Below are positions 47,493 through 60,739 of a stretch of 64,000 bases of DNA, in pieces. Below the pieces are notes generated by a model. The model worked only from the letters and a program-made list of their open reading frames with translations, did not search any database and was not told the origin of the DNA. This stretch comes from Cirrosporium novae-zelandiae. Lineage: Eukaryota. The DNA is taken from contig JAPETS010000008.1 in assembly GCA_026023565.1 (NCBI GenBank), positions 310,001-374,000 of the forward strand. Direction: 5' to 3'. How positions within the stretch are numbered: the first letter of the stretch is position 1; each line of letters starts with the position of its first letter. The position numbers and the translations under genes are program-made.

Positions 47493-50400
47493 TCAGGAAG
47501 ATTCCTCCAACACCCCCTCCGCCAGCGCCTTCAAACTAGCCTCATACCTCCCGGGACTATGATCCCCCAGCATGCCAGACCCAAACCTAAGCTCCCCAAA
47601 CCTCGCTTCCACATCCCTCACTAGCTTCAACCTAACTCTAGTAGCCGGCCTCCCAAGCGTCGGATAGCTATCCCCACTCGTCGCACTCCTAGGCGTAAAC
47701 GCATCTCGCTGCAGCACGGGCATAGCATCCACAACGAAGACTTCCCCAGGAGGCACGAGCTTCGGAGCGAGCATGCTAGCCCGAAGCGTCTTCAGCGCCG
47801 ACCAGGGCCAATTGTCATCACTAGACTGGCTTCCGAATGGCGCGACCGGTTGGACGTAGAAGTGATTTGTGAATGTGGAGAGGAGTCCTTCCCAGACACG
47901 TCTGCGGACTTCGGATTTGGCACCCGAATCGTCGGTTTTGAAGGCGAGAGCGACGGCTTGGAAGTCGCGGAGGGTGCCGAGGGATAGGTAGGGGACGATG
48001 TCTTCGCCGTTGATAATAGTTGTAATCAGACCGCGTGTAGCTTGGCGTAAGAGGGGAGAAACAGTCGCAGGAGGTCCGTATGCGAAGACGTGGATGGGCC
48101 GATTTGGTGGGAGAGTGATACGGGTTGGTTGTTCAGTTGACTCGACCGACACATCCGCCGTCAATAATAATGGAAGGTCAGCTGGTTGAAAAGAGGTGAC
48201 GAAAGCATCTCCACTACCCTGAGGTCCAGGCTCTGAGATCAATATCGCAAGCAGCGCAGCGACTCCACCACCTAAAGAATGCCCACAAAGTACCAATCCA
48301 TAATCCGGAAACTCCTCTAATGCAGCTTTGATTGTTGCTACCACCCTACCTCCCTTGCCTTCTAAAAGTCTTCGTGCAGAAGCATGCATACCCTTGTGAA
48401 CCGTATAAGTATTGCCTCGCCAGTGGATATGATCGTAATCGCACATCATATCGGTGAGCACATCTTCAAATCCAAGGGTGCCTCTACAAGTAAGTACAAC
48501 AGCTTTTGACTCGTGGTCGAGAGAAACATAATGCACAAGAGGAATATTAGTATCAGTATCACCTGCGGCATTTGAACCTCCTTGAGGATCCACGAACGAT
48601 GATAGTAGGATGGTCGAAGATGCCGACCCTGTATATGTTGAAAAGGAGTGATGTTCAACATTAGAGATAGACATTAAATCAGCAACGTCCTGTTTTTGAG
48701 CCGAGGTCAACCCCATCAGCCGTAAAAAGTTCGACCCGTATGAAGCAGAAGCGAAGCGTACAAAGCGCAGAATATTACGGACAAAATGTGCATTAGGAAA
48801 CATTGCTGGCACGGTTCCATTTCGATGAAGAGAAACGACTGCAGAATCACTGTCAAGCAAGTTCTGCCTCGGTCGAGGAGCAAGCACAAGGGAAGTCTCG
48901 GAGTTGTTTGTAGCCATTGTATAGATACTCGCCGCGCCAGAAGCACTTCGCTGATGTCGATGAGTATCAAGCGCAGCTGACAATTCATCGGGAATAGAGT
49001 AAGAGGTCCTGTCCTTTTCTGACCTTGCCTTGGATAAAGAACTACTTGCACGAATGTGTGTTCTTAATTGAGCAGGAGATCTTGGTCGAGTATCCACTGA
49101 ATGCAAGGAATAGGTATCCGTTTGTGAGACGAAAGAGTCACGGCGTCGTTCATGAATTGAATAGTAACTTGCCCGAGATGCGGGTCGCATTGATTCAATA
49201 GGCTTCATGAGGTCCTTGGATGAAAAGTAATTAGGGCTTCCTTGTTTAGGGGGCAGCGGAAGCTCCTTATTCTTGTCGCTACGTACTCTTGGCGGCGTCC
49301 TCGGAACGGGCAAGTATGACGATTTCCCAGGTTGTGTTAGCTGACTACGACGGTGGGTGACGCTCCGATCTAATGGTTTCGGGTCACCGGTTTTTGATGA
49401 TGATGCTTCGGATTTTTTGCGTAAATTAGGGAGGTAACTGCTCGAAGGCTTTCTTTTGAAAGGTTCTTTAAGCGAGCTTTTCTTGTCGCTCTTCTCCATA
49501 GCACTAGGCCTCACCTTCTGAGCAATCTTTGCTAGAGACGACTTGCGCTGCATCCCATCGGAACCGCTTAAGGAAGAGGAAGAGCCCATAGGTCTCCTCG
49601 ACTTCTTTTGATTTGCAGCATTTCTCTCCGAAGATATAGCATGTGCTGACTTCTTGGCTGGTATGTCTTCCCGTGGCGCATTGTCCTGATGTTGTATAGG
49701 ATGTAGAGACTTGATGGTGGCCTCAGAATCCATAGCTCTCGCAGCCGGCCGAACAGGAGGAGGCATTTCTATCGAAGGAGATATTGCCGAGGAGGCAGGA
49801 ACATCTGCGGGTTCGGATCGGGATACTAGGGTATCACTGGTTGCATCAGGAATCACATTAATAGTAGCCTTGATAGCTTGATCATCGTCCGGGACATGTT
49901 CCTGTGGTGTGGTTTCGTCATCCGCCTTCTGGAAATCAGCAGAATGGGTGTTTCTAAGCGTGGTCTTAAAAATAATTCTGTGTTTTGGAGAGTCGGGAAG
50001 TTCGGGATGGGAATTCAAGGGTTCTTTGCCAAGGGGTGCTGATTCTGGGTTGATTGTATCCTCGATGAGAGCAGTTCCAGGGGGTGGCGATACACTAGTC
50101 TGAGCTGCTCCAACACCAGAAATGTCGACAGTGATAGTTTTAATCGTATAAGTTTCCGTATTGATGGCAAGCCGCGCGGTATCTGGAAGCTGCTGCATTA
50201 TATAAGCTTTTATTTGGTCCTCCGATAGTCGGTAATGGTCTTCGGGAGTGTCAATCAATGCAGGAATTCCACTCAGGTGAACCTGGTCACGGGGAATGGC
50301 TTCGAAGGCGTCATCCTTCCCAGAAGCGGAGATAAATGATGCAGGTCTTTCTCGTCGCCTTCTCTGGACTTCAGGTGTGCGACGACGTGGTTCTTGTTCA

Positions 50401-51154
50401 GTTCCAATGACATCTGCCCTAGACCCATTACTAAGAATGACAACATCCCAAACCAGGTCCTCCACTTGATTCTTTTGCATTTCCCTTTCTGTATCTTTCC
50501 TGCACCATCGTTGTAATAAGGCGAAGCATGTTAATCCGGTCAAGAGGTCCGTCAAGCTAACCTTTTCCTCTCCAACTGCTGTGTGTGGGTTTGTGAACTC
50601 CCTTCGAATCAGTAATATGATTGCCGCAATGGCCCGAGATGATTCTGTGGAGCCAAGTATTGCATCAAGCGCTGAGAGTAGCCGTTGGCTAAGGGTAGAG
50701 GCCGAAAATAATGCTGCCGAAGAAGTATGAAACGAAGTGGAAACCAGAAAAGAAATCGATGTAATGCTCAGATGGAGAGCATTGATCTGGTAATGCATCA
50801 GCACATGCATTAAAAGCTCATTATAATACATACACTTTTCTCCAGGAGACCTTCCGCTTCATCTTTTCCAAGAGAATCTCGACTGCGTCGCGAAACATCT
50901 CGTCCAGCTCTTGCTAGTAGCGCTTCAACTGCAAACCTACTGATTTCCAACCCTGTCAAGGTCGATATTCGAGCGCCATCAATAGCAAGGCCGCCGATCA
51001 GGGTTCCTAAGCGCAAAGATGCGGATGTAGATTGCGTGACCAGACTAACCAGAGAAGCAGCAGGACGGGGAAGCAGTGTATATCCGTGGGATATATTCTG
51101 ACTGTCATGATTGCCAGCGCTTAGAACCTTTCCTTCATCATTGGGCTTTGCCAT
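47493..51154 (-). CDS. Lipase class 3 / diacylglycerol-lipase-like protein, 2 exons
   Basis: Exons 51154-50834 and 50786-47493. Motifs VVLTCRGTLG..DVLTD, VHKGM, LCGHSLGGG (GxSxG), AYGPP, DIVP.LS and a C-terminal DH. Confidence 0.92.
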
Positions 51155-52185
51155 GAAATATTAGAAGTTGTTGTTCTATTTTTGGTGATTTTGGTATTGA
51201 TATATGAACGGGACTTTGAGCGTTTCATAGGTCGGAATGGAGCGAGATAAGTCTGTAAAATTTTTGAGAAGAATAGGATAAGTAGATGGATAGTTAGTGA
51301 AATTATAAGTTAGATGGATTTTACAAAATGCGCTTTCAAATGCGAATAATATGGCCATGACACGTTCATTGATTAGGGAAATCGTTCTTGACGCGTTAGG
51401 CGTTGGCTCATTTACTTGTTCTACGCCGAGTGGACGAGCCCTAATAGCGATAAATGCCAATTGGTCAGTAGGTTCAAATTACATGTGATAAAGTCAAATT
51501 GAACTTCCTAACGAAAGTTAATCACCGCTCATACAAGAAATAACCTGTCGACGCTGCATGCATAGGTTCCGGTCATTCCTATGAAATATTAATCGTGAGA
51601 AGCCAAAAAGTACTCGCTGTTTACTAGCTATGCTAACATGGTAAATATTCCATGATTTATTTACTATATCATCATCCGTCCAAGAATAAAACTAAAAAAC
51701 CATACTATTACTATATACTCATTGCACCCCAGGAAGCCCTTCAAACAAATTAGGTTATGATTCAAATCAAATTTCCTTGAAATTCGACCTTGTTTGAAAG
51801 TTTTCCGACCATTCTTCACCTGTGATTCCAGTATTGATATTTGCAAAGCAGCTCCACTTGTTCGTATAAAAGAGAAATAGTAAGGCCGCCACGTGTGATA
51901 TTCCGTGTATCTACTGCTTTTATCATGCTGATAGTTCTTGTGTAAGACACTATGATTAGGCATAGCCATGGAGGTTTGGGTCCGGAAAATCAATGTCAAG
52001 GGAGATAGAGATGGCAAAAGGATGTGAGATATATGACGACAGTGAGGCCAAGTCCTTCTTCAAGGAAAAAACGGTCAGCCATATTTAAAAGAAGCAGGCT
52101 TATCTTTTGATTACAACCAACCTAAAATTGCTAGCAAGTCCTCCGCCATTCCAAGAAATCCATCCCCGTCATCTAATCTAAAAGA

Positions 52186-53225
52186 CTAATGTAGATGATT
52201 TGTGTGATGGCGGCAATCACTTCGATGAGCAGAATTTCCCTGTTTCCTAATTTTCTCATAAGATACTAGACACGACCAGCAATACCCATACCGACACTTC
52301 GAACCTACAGTTGGTTAACAATGAACATGAAGGAGGTTGACGCAACAATAGGCACCACATACATTTCATATGGTCGCACCTTCCATTCTTTTGCACCTTT
52401 ACGTTGCATCTTCAGTTAGGACAAATTTTGGTCCTTTTTTTCAACCACGCACTAGATGCTACTTCTTCGGTTTTCGTCTTCTTTTGTCGTCGTTGTTGGA
52501 TTTCTTGGCAGGCGATACCTTTATGATATTCGGTATTGCAAGCGAAGCAAGTTCGTCCGCCGCACTTGGAGCAGTGTATGAAGCTTGTTACTTTCGGGTC
52601 GACGAATCCTCCAGCATCGCAACCTAGAACAGCACATTTCCGAAAGGTGGTATCTGGAGACATATATTTCTGGAGGGTATGGCTGTCGTACCTATATTCA
52701 GCATTATAAACCATTATTAGAGTGAAAGAGTTAACCAAAAACCCCGGGAAAGAAATGCGTTGTTGTTATGAATATTCACAGTCAACTAAACCAAGTTAAA
52801 CTTGAGCTAATTATGCATTAAGGTGTCTCAAATATCTCGATGAGCATTGGTAGTTGCTTGCAGAATATGTTTTACGCAAAATAGGTCAGCTCAGATTTAG
52901 TTAGTTAATAGCTCTGTTAGTCATGTAAAAGAATACGGAAATATGTCTTAAGATTAAAAATTAACATTGATGGCCTGTACCTTTCGAAAATGACTGGAGT
53001 CGCAAACTCTTTGATATCGAGAAATCGCAAGCGTGCTTGACAAGTAGGGCAATGAATTTGGTCCCAAACATTCTGTTCTGCTTGAGCTGTAATTGATTGA
53101 GCAAGGCAATCAAGACAAACATCAGGCTCATGGGTGCAGCCTTCAGTGATCCTGCGTAGAGGAGTGCTATCCACTATCAACGGCTCGTAGCAGACAGTGC
53201 ATTCGCCGTTTCCGGTAGAGGACAT
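52186..53225 (-). pseudogene. RBR (RING1-IBR-RING2) E3 ubiquitin ligase with one in-frame TGA at 52412-52414
   Basis: Exons 53225-52981, 52691-52363 and 52304-52186. CTVC...CTH...CLDC...CPTC; C...C...CSKC...CFAC...H...C; KICPN*RCNVKVQKNGRCDHMKCSKCRYGYCWSC...H...C. An alternative upstream ATG lies at 53381. Confidence 0.8.
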
Positions 53226-55106
53226 TATTTTTCTTGGATAATTAATGTGTCGTGCAACCTTTATACCAACAGAAATATCATCTTCCTCGACAGTATCTAT
53301 TCTAGAGTTATTGTACTGCAGGACAAGATTCCTATTTGTTTTCGCATGCTTTACAATCCGCCAACGGTCATGTTTCTTCATGTGGTGACCCTGTTCGAGG
53401 TGATGAAGAGCCCAAAAAATATTTTGCTTTAGGGTGGTAGGGTGGTAGGTACTACCATAATGAGCTAGTACAGTACGTAATTCACGTACTTTCCATGTTT
53501 GGTAACTACAACCAAGCAGTTTTTCCGAGCCATACCTTACTAGTAGACTCTAGCTTGTCTGTATGATCGCAGGGGCTTCCAAAACTGTGCTAGATAGAAC
53601 CATAATAATGAAAAGAATCCACCTTAAAGCTGGAATTCATATCAAGAAATTATGGATGCCGAGAAAGCAGACACTGTATAGAACAGTCTAAAGCATTAAA
53701 GAAGCTGTTCGATGAGATCGAAGACTAGAGATTAATAAGAATCTTAGAAGAGTCAAATGCAATGTGGTAAGAAGGTGGATTTGAGAATCAAATAGATGTA
53801 AGGGCTTGATGTCGACCAAGGAAGTGTCGAAGTATGAGTGCAGATTAGTGTCCGGCAAAGGATGACCGAGAAATAGAACAAAGAATATAGAAAGAAGGGT
53901 ATAGAAGGTTGGACCCAAGGGTTTATATATTCCAAGTTTCTACTAGATCACAGATGACGGCAGCTAGAATTTGCATAATACTGTCTGAAGGGGTTAGAAG
54001 ATGCGAAAAGGACGATTTGCCATGGTAAGATGAAGCCCACGTTAGTAAAATAGTAACGATGTCTTATAACCTGTAGAGGGTGAAATGTAATAGAAAGAGC
54101 AACTGATTAAAAAAATATAGCTGGGAGGTACATGGACTAAAAAAAATCTCTTGCATTTTAAATGCGAGATAAGGGGGTTCATCATCACAAGCACTCTTTG
54201 AGGGTTGATTCTTCTAACAAAATAAGTCAATAGAGGACTAATCAAGCCTCGATGACCCACCACAAAGTATCTATCAGTGCAAGAGGGAAAGGGTTACTTC
54301 CCGGAGAAATACCTCCAAACTTGACAAACAAGCCATGAGTAGCATTAAGATCTAGGATCGAACCAAGAAGTGATGCTACAGTATAGACCTTGGGGAGACC
54401 TTCAAACAAGGCCGGTTTCTATTTAAGATTGATTTAAATTATAACCTGATTGTTTGAGGGCCGACCCAAAATATAATTTGAGGAGTTCCTTTAGACCTAA
54501 TCGTTTCATTTCTCCCTATCAAAAGGTAGGACATTAACTCGTAGGTTTAAGGTTCATGGTAGACAGTAAGAAATATGCCTATTATCTCATAGATAAATAT
54601 ATGTCGTCAATAGTACATCATTGAATGAACCAGGAAAAAGACGGAGTAATAGACAAGCTTGAAGGGCAAGAGATTCGCCTATGTTGGAGTTTTGGGAGAT
54701 GTGGCGGGGCCTTGTGGCTTTAGTGGGGTAAATTTCAAATCGGTGACGTAAGTGGGGCGGTGTGTTGACTTGCGCCATAGTCTAAGGGCGATCATTCTCC
54801 CTAATGGCATCCTTTTCCAGGAGTAGGAGAGAAAGAGTTGACGGAATTCTTTCATTGACCATAGACTATGAAAGATATCAAAGTAGTGAATTTTCTTATT
54901 GTCCTGGATACCAATTCACTCTACGAGAGTATGCAAAATACTGATAAAACATGTGAGCTCTTCAATAAAACTTCTGTATATACCAGGTAAGTTGGCATTG
55001 GGTAGTACAGCAGAAGTAGCTAGGCTTCTAAGGGACCAATTGAAATTCAGATTGTAGAGGTCCTAGGCCCAATGAGCTCATTTCCAATGCTATTCAGATA
55101 TGGAAG

Positions 55107-55113
55107 TGACGTA
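55107..55113 (+). promoter_or_regulatory. CRE/ATF-like site upstream of HSP12
   Basis: TGACGTA about 200 nt upstream of the ATG, with a second TGACGTAA at 54744-54751. Consistent with stress-bZIP control (inference). Confidence 0.4.
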
Positions 55114-55316
55114 GGTCTTTCACAAGCTTGGTATAGGGTAGTGGCGTTCATATGTCTTCGTTGAACAAGAACGCGGGGCAAAGGCACATAAATAAGACGC
55201 TGTCTCTCCTTCTCTTTCTTCATCTCATCAACAACACAATTCTCTAATCACTCTCACTATTCATCCAAACTTCAATTCAATTTTCACCTAACAAACTTCA
55301 ATCAACACCAATCAAC

Positions 55317-55825
55317 ATGTCTGATCTCGGGTATGCTTCTCACTCTTTGAAATGTCTATGACTTGGAGCTGATCTAACCTCAATAGCCGCAAGAACATCG
55401 GTGACCAAGTCAAGGAGAAGGCCACTCCTGATTCCCAAAAGAGCACACTTGATCAAGCCAAGGAGACCGCAACTGGTGCTTATGACAAGGTTGCCGAATC
55501 CATCCAGCCAGGTCAGTTCATCTCATAACCTGTCATTGACACTGTGTACTGCAGCATTATGCTAAATGTTTTCATTATAGGTGATCAGAAGAGCACTACC
55601 CAAAAACTGTCTGATACCACTCGCGGCAATGCCGACTCTGCTCAGGATCAGGGCTCTGGCATTATGAAGTCTGCTACAGACACTGCCTCCAATCTAGCCA
55701 ACTCTGCTTCTGAAACCGTTAGTAGTGAGTCACGTCCATTATCCCTCCACTTAAGGTCTACTAACCCTCTTCTGCCATTAGATATCGCCAACAAGGTTTC
55801 CGGATCTGGCACTGCGAACAAGTAA
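55317..55825 (+). CDS. HSP12: Heat shock protein HSP9/HSP12 family (LEA-like), 4 exons
   Basis: Spliced MSDLGRKNIGDQVKEKATPDSQKSTLDQAKETATGAYDKVAESIQPGDQKSTTQKLSD... Confidence 0.92.
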
Positions 55826-58800
55826 GCTGGTTAGTTGAGACATGCACTCGGCATTCAAGTTCCCTAATGAGGAATAATGGACATTATGCAGTTATGCGGT
55901 TGATGCTTCTCTGGTATTCACTTTCATGAGATTGTACACTGGTTCTGCGTGTGAGCATCATTAGAGAATCAAATTCGTTATAAACCCGACCTAAGGCTCC
56001 AAGTAAATTCTCATAGAGAAAAGAATGTTCAATTATCTATCGCAAATGGTCGCCGTTGAGGCATATTTTTATGACCAATTAGTGTCCTAGGGGCTTATTA
56101 TGATGAGGTGATGATATCTATCAAAAGAATGGAATGAGCCAAATCATATTCTACATTAGAGGGAGGTTACAATGTATGAACAAGAGCATTCTGTTGAGAA
56201 ATGTTTTTTATTTCTTAGCGAGGTAACCAGGATAATTTTATTGAAAGTCAAATAGGCGTAGAGAAATTTTAATAATTAATGTAAAGATATGAAGGCTTGG
56301 AGTTCTTCAACGACTTCACAACAACTTCCTTGGTATATTAGAAAGCGAGGGAGATCCAATTAACTATTGTCTGCCATGTTGATGAGAAACATAACACGAC
56401 ACGCCGAGTTTTAACTCTATTGATGGACCTGGAGTATGTGAGTAGTAGTCAATTTATTAGACCAAATGAATTCGGACAGACTAAAAAAGTATACTTTTTG
56501 TGTGGGTTTACTTTGAGTAGTTGTAGTGTGTAATGGCTTCTTGAAAGTTGAAACAGTCGATTGAGTTTGACAGCGGGGAAGCCTGTACTGTCCTCTCTCA
56601 TATCTCCCACTTGTCTTCTCGCTCGTTCCTGGCATCCTGTACCAATGTACCTCGATTCTCGATTTTCATGTCGCTTGGCAGCCTAAAAGGAGTGGCGATG
56701 AATACCAAGGTCCAAGGATTTTTTTCTACTCTACCTCGACTTGGAAGGTCGCAACCAAATATTACTGATCGACATGTTGGTTCTTCCAGGTCTGGATGTT
56801 ACCATGGCCCCTTCTTCATATATTTTTTTCCCTTTCAACTTACATGACAGAGTACTTTCTATTTACTTTACTTTTTATGAACTAACTAGCTCCAGGAAAA
56901 TTATCCAATTATCCACTTTATGATGTGGAGCTAATATGTGATGAAGACTTGGACAAAACCTCCCGGATAACTACTGGATATTGAATTTAATCAATTCTGA
57001 TATGGCACATCTCCAATTGGACCATTTTGATTGAACTCTATCATTCTATACCTTTTTCATCTATCCGCACAGACTAACTAGCACTTTACAATTCAAAGAA
57101 GCTGCTCAACTTCGGAAAATGAGTACCATTCTGCTGGGTACCTTGTTTAGGTGGCTTCATGGATGGTGGATGGTGGATGGCTGTCGCGGCCGCTGCCTCT
57201 ACTGTAGTTAGGGGATTTAGACGGATAATTTGAGAGATTATTCTATTGAATTCACCAGTCAACATCGATATACCTTGAGCACTAGCTGGGGGGGTGGACA
57301 CAATAACATTCCATGGAACTGTTTGACAATATTTATTATTTCTAGACTGCCCCAGAAGAGAAAGTCTCCAGGGGAAAAGAAAAAACAACCACTGGGTCTG
57401 CGCGTATCCCCGTATCCCCGTCTGACCAGGTTTCTCGATATCAGCCAGAACCTCGGATCCTGCATCAAACATCCGGCCATGTGTAAAGCGAGGGATTATG
57501 ATTATGGATTATTATGTACATGCACCTTTACCTTTTTCTATTTTCTTTTTCTTTTTTTTCTTTCCTTCCTTTTTTCTCTCGTTTCTTTTTCCTTTTCCTT
57601 TTTTTTTTGGCTTTTAATCTGTCTCAAAAGATTGGGTTCTAGCCGTCATATTTATTTTTCATTGTTTGAAAAAGCTGCAACGGTTCTTCAACGGTTTAGT
57701 TGAAACTAGGGGATGATGGAATAGCTGTGTACATATAGTAGCAATGTATTAATTAATTATTGTTGAAAGTACTCGATAGTTAAAAGGCTAAAAATATTCA
57801 TGGGAATTCTATTCCCTCCAGAAACTAACAGCCGCCAGTATCTGCATGTCACCCTACTTTGTTCGAAAGTCTTTTCTAAAGGGAGACTAGAGTACCATAG
57901 TAGAAAATCGGAAGGTGATTCCTAGTGATTCCCTTGAATTATTCCCTGCATATCTCTCTTATAGTAGCCACATCTTGGCCCTTTGATGACCCATGATGAT
58001 CTAAGGCCCCAGGACTTAATTTTCCCCTCCCCCCCCTCCCCACACACACCATTTTCAACCCATCCACCATCTCTGATTAGATCTACTTATTCTACCAAAT
58101 CAAGTCAACCGAGTAAACGAATATACATGGTAGATTATGTAAGCACTACGAAATTGGAAATTGTTCCTCCTGTCAATCAAAAGTCAACCAGTCAACCAGT
58201 CAGTGAAACTGTGTGCTGCTGTGTACATAGTTATTATTCATGCCTTCTTACAACCAACCTTACACGTCCTAGAATATTGTTCATTAAAATCCTTTTTAGA
58301 CTCCTGCGGGTCTCCCCCCTGCGAGAGCGCCACAAGAGAGGCTATTGAAGACCCATTCATTGTGTGTCATTGAGGCCATTTTGACCTTTCACCCAATTTC
58401 CCTTCCTTAAATCTAACTTAAGCTCATTAGATACACCATCACCCAACCAGATGACCCTTCTAACATCCTTGATTCCTTAGTCAGAAACCACAAAGATTGC
58501 ACAGGAATTCACGAGGTCAAGGGATTACAGATTACACCATCAGTTATTCGTTTATGATGATGAAGGCCAGGACCACAATCTGGTCCAGGAGCAGATTTGC
58601 ACTAAAAAAAAAAAGTCACACGAGTTGCACGACAACGATCGACCAACTATGTTTCATCCATCCGTTTATGATTTTGACTTTAAGCCCTTTGGCGAGATCA
58701 GAGATCATCTACTCCGTACTGTCAAACTCAACCTTCAAGCCTCAATTCTGCAAATCCGGCTCATACCCGAAAGAATCAGCTAAACTCTTCACAGTATTCC

Positions 58801-60739
58801 ATGTCCAAACTACAGTTCATTCTGAGCGATGAAGTCCTCTCAATCTTTTCCCCATTCCAATCTTTGGCACAAACGGCGGAAATCGCCTTAATTAATCAAT
58901 CAACCGGTCCCTGCACTTTTTACACCTCTGCACATAACATTCGAATCCACCCCCCCAGTCTCTAGATGAGGCAATTCGCCCAATCAGGAGAACCTGGAAC
59001 CGAAATTGGAAGGGGAAACCTCTGGCATCGATGACATCAGATTACAGAAAGGTGAGATAGATGGGCGTGTCATGGATCCATCTACGATGCAATTGACAGA
59101 CGTGACGAAGATGACAGAGATATCCTCGAAGAGGCAGAAGAGGATTTCCTAGTCGGCCACCTTTGTCGGGACAATAACCCCAAACAAGAACGAGCTTATA
59201 TTGTTTTTTGATCAACAGGCAAACAAGGCGTGCAGATATGGTGATAAGGCTACGCAACTGGTGCTGTGCCACTGCCGGCGTGCATCCGTGTCGTTGTCGG
59301 TCAAATCTGCAATAAAAAAGAAATTAATTCTTCTAACTTTCCAATCTAGAGGCTTGTCACCTTTTGTTTTTGAGCTTTGTTTTTTCAGGGGTCTAGGCGG
59401 CTTTTCCTCTATTCCTTGCGAGGGTCTGTGAGGGCTTCCGGCGCCGACCCCGAGTCTACTGTGCGCTGGTGGCTGCGCCTCGTTGGATTTCGCGTGGCCA
59501 CTAAAGCAGCCCAATCTGACAATAATAACGAAGAGACAATAGAGCGAACTGCAAGTGGAGGAAATCAGAGTGGTGGGTAGCAGACGCAGACGATGCCAAA
59601 AAAAAAATGCCAAAATGAACCCCAGACCAAGAAAGTCACAAAGTCGTTCTCGAAGCGAATCCTTTTGAAAATAGCTTCCAAATAGCCTCGAGGGAAAAAA
59701 AAAAGTCTAGGTGGTTAAAGTCTATTCCTCTTAGGCAAAGATGCAAAGACCACCACCGTTGCTGACCCCGTGTGTCCAATCGTCCTGACAGCAGCCGAGT
59801 CACTCAGTTAAACATCCTAAGGCTTCCAAGCAAACCTAACAGGCTGAAGGACCGACATAACCAGAAAAATGCATTGGACCATTCATCTTCAGTTCACCCA
59901 CCAAAGCGGCGCGATCGCCCAGGGCCGAACAACCTAGATTCTACCTGTCCGACAAGCATCCGCATAGTGGCCACTGGTCGCTCACTAAAGGTCCCAAGAG
60001 ATGAAGCTAAGGTCCTTGTATGAGGATCAGAAGCCAGTAATTCATGACCCCGATTATTCCAACTTCCTTGTACAACCAGGCTCCTTCGGCCCTCACCTCT
60101 CTAATTGTCCGTTCAGCATCGTCCTACGGGCATCTGCGTTGCCACAGTGGACGCCCAGTGGGATTTTCTTCTTCGAGCAAAGCACCTTTGCGTCTGAAAT
60201 ACTTGGCTTGTCACTTTGCCACTCATTCGTTCCTTTTGCTTCAATTTCTACGACTTTCCCTATTTTCATTGACATCTCCAATCCGGCGCTTTTCAGCTCC
60301 TGGCCCAGGGTCAATCATAATTATAACTGTCTTCTTCAGCGTCGAACGACGGTGCATGCATTACCCTTCTCCACCATTTTTGGAAACACCATTCCCCGCC
60401 TAACCATCATCTCTCCATTGGTAGCCTCCCTCTAATGCCTGCTTTCTACTTGCACAATTAGCTTCTCCACGCTTTCGCTTCTACCGAGCTGATTAATTCC
60501 CCGATGTTCTCGTCGAAAGATCTTTTATGAAGGAGCTGTGATTTCCATTTATTAGGGCTCTCGCGAAGCATTATATTTCATTCAGCCTTCGCGACTGGCT
60601 CGGGAAGGCGTACCAAAAGGATTTCCGGGACCTTGTTCTTCGGTGAACAGGCATGTTCAGTTTTGTCAGGAGACATATTGGTATCCTTGACATAAATCTC
60701 GATTCCCTATTTGGCAGCTGTTCCCCCCAGCTTGGGTAG

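Noticed and set aside
52412..52414. TGA as selenocysteine
   Set aside because: The position is a spacer rather than a Cys ligand, and Dikarya are not known to have Sec machinery.
56000..60400. Numerous 60-160 aa ORFs upstream of the transcription factor
   Set aside because: Low-complexity or pyrimidine-tract-derived with no domains; more consistent with a long regulatory region.
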